Of a stretch of DNA of 64,000 nucleotides, positions 55,888 through 64,000 are shown piece after piece. The notes beneath the pieces were generated by a model. It was not told where the DNA came from and made no database searches. It was given only the letters and a program-made list of their open reading frames with translations. Numbering within the stretch: the first letter of the stretch is position 1; each line of letters starts with the position of its first letter. The stretch comes from Geosiphon pyriformis uo1 (Eukaryota; Fungi; Glomeromycota). Location of the stretch: NCBI GenBank assembly GCA_016748015.1, contig JAAOMT010000379.1:358042-422041 (forward strand), in the 5' to 3' direction. The translations under genes were made by a program, and so were the position numbers.

Positions 55888-56311
55888 TATTATGTATTAA
55901 ATATTTATTTTTTAACAAATAAAAAAAAGAACATTATAATAAAAATACAGTTATTAAAAAACTTATTATTTTATTAAAATTTGTAAAAATTGTTAGATTT
56001 ATATTTATTACTAAGAAAAACATAAATCAAGCTATAATATTAACTAATAAAAAAACAATCTATTTAAATAATATTATTAAAAAACAAAAAATTTATTTAA
56101 ATTAAACTGTAATAATCAAAATTTTTTTTATAAATATAACAAAAAAAGCAATTAATTTAGCTTGTTTATATTTAAACCAATAATATCAATTTAATTAAAA
56201 CTTATTAAATTATAGTAAAATTTGCCAAATTAGATTAGATTAATTTGTTAATTTTTAAATAGTTTATTTTAATTAATAAAAATTCTGTAAATAGTAAATA
56301 AAAAAAAAAAA

Positions 56312-59300
56312 TTCTTTCTTTCTTTCGTCCCTAATTTCTAAAAAAAGAGTTTTAAAATTTTTTAAAAGAAGTTTTTTACAATACAGTATGATAAATCCAA
56401 ATCCTTTATTCTTGACTACGAGATCACTGTTGGCTGTAGTATTGCTGTTATGGAAAAAGCTGCTAAAGCTTCTGTTTCTGGTGGTGGCTTTAGATCTATT
56501 CTTCTGGGTAAAAAGAAAAGAGGCAGGGTTTTGGAAGGTAGTTCTGGTGATGAGATTATCAGTCCTAAAGTTCGGAAAAGTAGCTCATGAGGTTCTGAGA
56601 CTGGTCACACCACTGAATCTGAAAGTGTTGACATGGAAGAGGAATGTCTTGTAAAGGAAACCAGTTTTGACTATGGTAAAGGCAGTGCTCTTACTAAAGG
56701 GGATCAAGATCAGACACCTATGGGTATAAGAGTCAAAACAAAAAAGGCACTGGGCAAACCATTGGGAAGGATTGATTTTTCGCTCGACAAAGATGATGAT
56801 GATGTTCTTCTTGATACTCTGCTGGTACTTTCCACACCTGTCAAAAAGTTGGTTGCCGTTTCTGTCCGTAAATTTTTCACTTTAGATATTGGCTTAAACA
56901 AGATTAATAGAAAATCTTCTCAGGAGAAATTGGTGGTGATCAGAAAATTGTTTTCAAGAATCAATGGTTTTGGGGGGACCACTACCCCCTCAAAATTTGC
57001 TGGGATCATTTGGGCAACATTTACTTCCAAATCGAGTTTGGTGAAGGCTACCAAAATGGCTACTGATGCGAATATCATGGTAAACACCAATCTTAGAAAA
57101 TCTGCTGGTCGCTTAGATCGGGCTGTGGTGTTGAAAGAAATTTCAGTTGAAACATCAACTGAAGCTGTGCGTGCTGTACTCTCCAAGTTTGGGATAATTA
57201 AGTCAATCAAAATGCAATTGGTGGGGCTGTAGCAGAAAGCTGTGGTAGAGTTTGAGCAATCAGATCATGCCGATTTGGTTGCAGCAAAGTGGTCAATCTT
57301 AATCAGGAAGGATGCTGTGCAGGTAGCTAGATCAGATTTGGACAAAGAATCATGGGACGCAAAAGACCAGCATAGAGTGCTGCTTTATACTCTGCCAATG
57401 AGAATGACTGCTCATAATATTTGGGATTTTATTGGTTCAGTGGGTGAGAAGATGTGTGTTATCAATCGTCATCCGGTTACATATGCTAGGGCTAAGTGTG
57501 CTGTCATCTGTTTTGATTCTGCTGAATCATTGGATGCCATTGTGGAAACCACGCCTGTGTTGAGGGGTGTCAATCTATGCTGGTCTCATCTTGTTCTAAC
57601 TAAGTGTGCCAAGTGTGGGAAATCAGGCCATACATCATTGGGCTGTACGGTTGGTGGAAAAGCTTCCTCAGATTTGTTTTTGTGTAGATTCTTGTCAGAC
57701 ACAGATAAAAGCAAATTGGCAGCCATCTATGCCAAACGATCAGCTCCAGTTGCTCGTTCAGTCTCTTTTGGTGGTCTTTCTTGGGCAAAGGTTGCTAATG
57801 AGTTTTCTTTTTCTCCTCTCTTTGGACGAAATGTTTCAATGAAATCTGGTTCCTCTTCGGAAATAGAGCCATCCCTGCCAGTTTTGACGGAAGTCCATGA
57901 TAGGTTTGCCACTCTTGAGTGCAGTCTCGCCAGCCTTGTGGAGCAGGTGAGTAAGCTGGCTAAGAGGTTAGATGCACTTGGGCCTATGGTTTCCCAGCCA
58001 AGCCCTAGATGTCAGCCATTGGTAACCCCTTCATCACAGAATCAAGGGGCAAATATAATGATGAGTGAGGGTTCAGGTGCAGCCACTAGTGGTAAGGTTG
58101 TTGCGGAAGTGGTGTCTTTTGATGTATCTTTGGTATCCAAGTTGGATGACAGCGTGAAATGTCTAATGGAAACAGTTCTGGGTCTTTCGGCCAAAGTGGA
58201 CAGTTTTGGTGCAGGTTCAAATTTTTTTTCTTCTCAATAAACAATCTGGTTTAGAATATTGCTACTTGCAATGTCAGAGAAATGAACAATCCTGCGAAAC
58301 AGGATGATGTCATTTGTTGGCATATGGAAAAGAACAATTTAGTTTCTATTTTTACAGAATCAAAATTAAAAGGGAAGATTTGCCCCTAGATTGTCAACAA
58401 ATTTGATGGTGTACAGGTGTTTATCTCTGGTTTGGAATCTGGTTATCTGGGTGCTGGTGTCATGGTCGTCATGAATTTTTCTTTGGCAAAACATGTGTAC
58501 AAGGTTTCAAAAGTGTCTGGTTAGCTCTTGTCCATTAAGTTACTTTTCAAAAATAAACTTTCAGTGTCTATTCTGGGACTGTATGCTAGTGCTTCCTCAG
58601 CAGTTTGGTTCTCTTAAGCTGGTGAAGTCAACTCTCTCATTGCAAAAGCTGTTAATGAATCTTTCTTCATTGTTCTCAGTAGTAATTTCAATAAAGACAG
58701 TTCTCATAAGTGTGCAAGTTTTAAAAAGTGTTTGGATTTGGGTCTGGTGAATTCTTTGGCTGGAAGCCCAGCTTCAAAATTGTCCACCTGGGCAAATTCT
58801 AGGGGTGTCATAAAAACAATTGACTATGTGTTTGTTTCTCCAAATCTGGTCGATGCAATAATAAATCGTAAGGTTTTGGATGTTAGTGAGCATTTTGACA
58901 TGAATCACCAAGCTGTTTCAATGGCTGTAGGTTTGGGTGGGCTTTTGGATATGTGGTTAAACTCTTTTCGCAGGCAAGCAAATAGGGACTGATGGAAATT
59001 CGATTTCAAGAGTGTTGATGAGGTTAAATAGAACAGTTTTAAAGGTGCTATGTCGACCAATACTACAATGTTCTCAGATAAGTTTGCCGCCTCTGCGAGG
59101 CTTTCAGATTTGGATGTGATGTGGAGCATTGTTTGCAAGATAATGGTTTTTTCAGCCAATGAGGTATTCAAGAAGAAATGGTTCAAGGAATTTAATGATG
59201 TTTTTACTAAAGTTTCTTTGAGATTTCACAAATTGGAGCTTCTGGTTTCAAAGATTATTAAGGCATCTCGTGTGAGGTGTGCTGTAGATTTTGCTTCTCT

Positions 59301-62300
59301 CATGAAACTTTGGACTTCTTTGGATGGTGTTAAAGCTTCAATTGTTCAGAATCTAGTGAACTTTGGAGTAGAATCTGGTTGTGTTTGTTCTGCTCTTTCA
59401 GGTGTTAGAAAATCTTATCGGGCGTCCAAGCTTGTTGAGTCTCAGAGCGCTAAGGAGGCAAACATCAAGTCTGCCATAAGCAGAAGGATGGAAAGCTTTG
59501 AAATGAATAAGGATCATATGATAAGAAGTGTATTAGAACGTCCATTTCATAAGATTGTACTGAACTATTTGGTGGTTGATGATGAATTGATTTTGGAATC
59601 TGGTTAAGTCTAAGGTAGATGTGATCATGAAAAGTTGGACTAGAAAGCGTCGGGTGGTCGATAATATCTCGGTTGATTGGCGTCACCAATATCAACTGTT
59701 GGAGTATGTTTTTGATGAAGCTTTTTCTGGAGTTATGTGTTCAATTAGATATGATGAGTTCTTTGGAGTGGTTTCTGATCTTCCAGATGATAAAACAGCT
59801 GGTTTGTTGGGTATTTCTAATGAGCTTTGGAAGCACTGTGATAGGTTGGTTCTGGATATGTTGCTGGTGCTTTTGAATTCTTGTTTGTCCAGAGAATTAG
59901 TGCCTGGCTCTTGAAAGGAAGCATGGGTCTTGATGATTCCCAAACCTTATGAGTGGAAGGGTGTTCTAACAAATACACATCCTATTGCCTTAATTGAGAC
60001 AGCTTGCAAGATTCTTTCTAAGATCCTCTCTGACAGGATTTCTTTGGCATGCAGCACTTTTGATGTTCTTCGGGAGGACAATTTTTCAGTTCTGAAGAGT
60101 ATGATAACCTAGTCTCCTATTTTTGCAATTGGATTGGTGGTCGAAGATGCTTTGGAAAAAAACAGGGAGCTCTGGCTGGTTCTTCAAGACATGCATAAAG
60201 CATATGACTCAGTTGGCTGGGAGCATCTTGAAAAGAGTCTGGTCAGGGTTAAGATGTGTAGCAAATTTATTCAGTTTTTTGGTGGTATTCACAGGGATTG
60301 TACCAACTGAGTTATGACAGATTTTGGGTTGACAAGTGGATATCATGTGCACGATAGTTTAGACCAGAGAGAAGTCTTCTTCTCTCTTCTTTGGTGCATA
60401 TTTTATGATCCTCTTTTGTGCAAAGTCAAAAGGCAGGAGAGTATATGTGGGTATAGGTTGAATTCTTACTTTGTTTCTAAGAATGGTCGTTCTGAATCCC
60501 AGGCTGGGTTTTCTTTTTTTTTTGCTGCTGGTGCTTTTGTTGATAATACGATTTGGGTTGGCAGCAGTCAGATGGCTACTCAACATATTCTCAATGTTGC
60601 TAGTGAATTTTTTCATGTCAATAATATCTCTATTAATAATGACAAAACAGTAGTCATTCCTATCAATAGCAGGGTTAGCTATCCCTCTTTCTCTATCAAC
60701 GGTTCACCCATTTTTATTGCCAAAAAGGGGGAATCTCCCCGATATCTGAGCATTTTTCTTTTGACTGAGAGTCTTTTGAAGCTTAGCTTGGTTAAGGCAC
60801 ATTCGGACATTAGCTTTTTCACCAATCTGGTGTTGAGAAAGGTGGTCTCAGATAAGCAGTTTTTGTATTTGGTGTCAGCAGTTCTACATCCAATAATCAG
60901 CTATAGAACTCAGTTCAGTTTTATTCTTGTTGGCATGTGCGACAAGTGGGATGCTCTGATTCATAAAGGTTTAAAGCTTAAATCTGGTTTGCCGCTCAAT
61001 TTTCCTAATGATGTGGTTCATCACCCTTTGTTTTATGATTTAAAGTCATTTTTACAAATTCAATCTGAAAGCAAGATTGCTTCTCTTGTCAGTTTTGCGA
61101 ACTCTAGTGGTATCTTGGGTTGTTTGTTTTTCCACAGGTCTTATGACTTGCAAGTTCTGTGTTGGCATTCTGTTCATCTGTTAAGCTCTCCTGTCTGTAT
61201 TTGGATTAGTGCATCTAATAACTTTCTGGCAGACATGGTTCGTATTCTTCTTGATTGCAATGTGTCTCTGAGTGGCTCTTTGGTCAGTTCTTTTCGGTTT
61301 CATGGTAGAGTACCAATGTCTACAGTTCTGGGTGAATCAGGGTTTTTCAGGTTTCTTTCTTCCCTTTGGCGGTATAGTATTGCCTTTGTGGATCAACTTC
61401 ATGACTGTCATGGTGCTGTCTATGATTGGTACACCTTCAAGCGATGGAAGAGATTGGACTTCCGTGGCCCTGTTCCTGAGTGGTTCAAATGTTCTGTTTT
61501 GTTTCTCAATGATGTGAGATCTTCTTATACTCAGTCTGTAGTTTTGGGTAATGGTGGTTTTTTGAACATTCTTGAATTTGGTGAATATGTGTCTGTTTGT
61601 GACCGTCTCTTGGTAACTGGTGCTGGCAGTTTGTCAGTATATACGGATGGATTCCTTAGTAATCTTGGCACGGTTGGCTGTAGAGCTGGTGCTGCTGTTT
61701 TTTTTAAGGATATTGGCTTGGGTTTGGGCATTAATGTGTCAAGTTTGATGTCGTTTACTTTGGTGGAATTGCAGGCTATTGTCTTGGCTCTGGAGTGTGT
61801 TCCCTTGTCAAGCTCTGTTCATTTGTTTTCGGATAGTCAATCAGCTTTGGATGCTTGCAGGTCAGAGTTGGGTTTGGTGTGTCCCGATTTTCATAATCAG
61901 TGTTGGGTTGAACATTGTCATATTGTCAACTTGATTCATAGTAAGAAGTTGGAGGTGAGTTTTCACAAGATAAAAGGTCATTCTGGTATTCTGGGAAACA
62001 AGCGTGCTGATGCAATTGCTGGTGCCACTTCTTTCTCCAATTGGTATCTTTCCCTCTGCTTGAGTAAACATTTCCTGACAGCTGATGGTAGTGTTATTTC
62101 TGGGAATTCAAGACATTTTGTCCATGATATTTATCATTCTGTTTGTCGCGCACACTGGGAGGTTGGTTCTGGTTCTGGGGTTTTGGTAGAGAGTTTGTTT
62201 TCTGAGATTGATTGGCTCTGTTTGTCATTGGTGTGACATCCTAATTTGCATATGGCTGCGGGGTTTACCAGCAGGCCTTCGGCCGGTATGTATACTTACT

Positions 62301-63060
62301 TTATGAAGGCTTTGCACTATCGGCTGCCAGTTGCTGTATGAAAGCACCTTTATAATAGACATTATCCTAATGTATTGTGCTTATATTGTGGTGAAATAGA
62401 AGTGTCAGATCATGTGTTCTCCTACAAGATTGACAAATCTGCTTGACGTTGGTTGCTGGATTCTTATGTAGGGATCTAGAAGGTGCTTTTTGGTTCTTTT
62501 CTCTCTTCCTTGGGTATATTACAATTGTTGTCATCCTGTATTTCTGATCTCTCTGTGTTCATGGCTCTTTTTAAGGGCTTTGTTTTTAATAGTTAGTTTC
62601 ATAAGACTGTTTGCATTTTTCATGACCCCAAGATTGCAGTTTTAGAGATTGTCAAGTTTGTGCACTCTCTTGGTATTGCTTTTAGGGAAGATGTCTGGTC
62701 AGTTCATGCTAAGCATCGTGCTTATATAGAAAAGAATAGATTGATCTCACTGGATAGTTCAGCTGTCATCTTAGTTCATGGTTTGGCTTCAAGGTTTTCT
62801 GCAAGAGTGGTTAGGTTACTTGGCATCACTGATACTTTAGGTGTTTATTTTGGTTTTCACAAGTCTTGTTTGTTTTTTTTGGAGAAAGATAATTCGGTGT
62901 CAGTTCATATAGCTGAATAGTGTTGTTCTGATTGGCTCGAGTGGCTGGTCACATGTAGAAAGTACATGATTCATGTTTAGTTTAGATCAATTCTTTGATG
63001 TATAGCATTAGGTAGTGTTTGGACCTTACTCGTTAAGCAAAAAAAAAAAAAAAAAAAAAA
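56312..63060 (+). mobile_element. Full-length LINE (copy C), inactivated; related subfamily with a different ORF1 N-terminus
   Basis: ORF1 ~56449-58240 (CAKCGKSGHTSLGC). ORF2 58237-62920, including the 640-aa RT/RNase H stretch 60314-62236 (FVDN, YTDG, ELQAIVLAL, SDSQ, KIKGHSGILGNKRAD). 3' UTR and a poly(A) of at least 22 nt running into a gap. Confidence 0.95.
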
Positions 63061-63358
63061 NNNNNNNNNNNNNNNNNNNNNNNNNNNNNNNNNNNNNNNN
63101 NNNNNNNNNNNNNNNNNNNNNNNNNNNNNNNNNNNNNNNNNNNNNNNNNNNNNNNNNNNNNNNNNNNNNNNNNNNNNNNNNNNNNNNNNNNNNNNNNNNN
63201 NNNNNNNNNNNNNNNNNNNNNNNNNNNNNNNNNNNNNNNNNNNNNNNNNNNNNNNNNNNNNNNNNNNNNNNNNNNNNNNNNNNNNNNNNNNNNNNNNNNN
63301 NNNNNNNNNNNNNNNNNNNNNNNNNNNNNNNNNNNNNNNNNNNNNNNNNNNNNNNNNN
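63061..63358. other. Assembly gap (N run)
   Basis: Run of N. Confidence 1.
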
Positions 63359-64000
63359 ATTTTTTATTTAATAAAGTTAATTTTCTTGGATTAAACTTGA
63401 TTAATTTGTTATAAAAACTATAAAAAGTTTTGTTACTAGTTGCTAATATTAATATAAATTTGAATTTTTTTTTAAAAAAAAGTATTAATGTATTATTTGT
63501 TAATATATATTTTTCTGCTATTATTTATAAATTAAGTAGCTTAAAAGCAAATATGTTAATACTTTCTGGCTTTGTTGTTATAATTTTATTAAAACTTAAT
63601 AAATTGTTCTCTAAAAATATAATTATTGTATTATTTTTTAAATAAATAAATTAGTCTGAAAAATTGTCATGTGTAATATAAAAAAATAAACAATCTTACT
63701 AAGCAAAAAATATCATATTTAACTAGTCTTTTGGTAGAGAATAGCAATCAACTTTGAATAATCTATATGCATCTAAAAAAAATATTCAAATATGTTAAGA
63801 GATTATGTTCATACTTAGTTTAAAGCATTATATCACAATTCATATTATGAAAGTCAAGCATTGTTAATAATACTTTTATGTTGTTGTCAATCCATAAATT
63901 TGCAAATCAGCAAACAATTGATGTCAAGCATTTGCTTTTTCAATAATGATATTATTGTAAAGACGGACCATGCTGATGGCATTTTTTATATTATTTTCAT

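Noticed and set aside
49110-55900. Candidate target-site duplications for LINE B (AAAAAATATTA) and LINE A (ATAATATATT)
   Set aside because: Short, low-complexity and not flush with the element ends; expected by chance in this AT-rich DNA.
35556-62071. Numerous minus-strand ORFs inside the LINEs
   Set aside because: Antisense shadows of the G/T-skewed ORF1 and ORF2; no independent motifs.

Overview
AT-rich eukaryotic DNA with GT-AG introns and three assembly gaps. The gene families and repeats resemble an early-diverging fungus of the Glomeromycotina, possibly Geosiphon pyriformis (inference from recollection, not a database result). The first ~21.5 kb is a gene-bearing compartment. It holds a local cluster of class-3 lipase-like genes, one with Gly in place of the nucleophile Ser. 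It also holds a multi-pass membrane protein gene, a probable F-box gene, and MULE and Tc1/mariner relics. From ~22 kb onward the window is mostly transposable elements and their remains. There are three full-length but stop-riddled LINEs (ORF1 with CCHC knuckle; ORF2 = APE-RT-RNase H-Cys/His finger) in the same orientation and three further truncated or heavily GC-to-AT-eroded copies. There is also a young 605-bp internally deleted Tc1 that keeps an intact DNA-binding ORF, and four copies of an LTR-like repeat. The most notable signals are (1) a conserved, apparently pseudoknotted RNA structure in the LINE 3' UTR, (2) an AUGA stop-start overlap coupling ORF1 and ORF2, (3) a decay series of the LINE family through C>T/G>A transitions that are not confined to CpG, and (4) a serine-less lipase pseudoenzyme. 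No prokaryotic defence or CRISPR system is evident.
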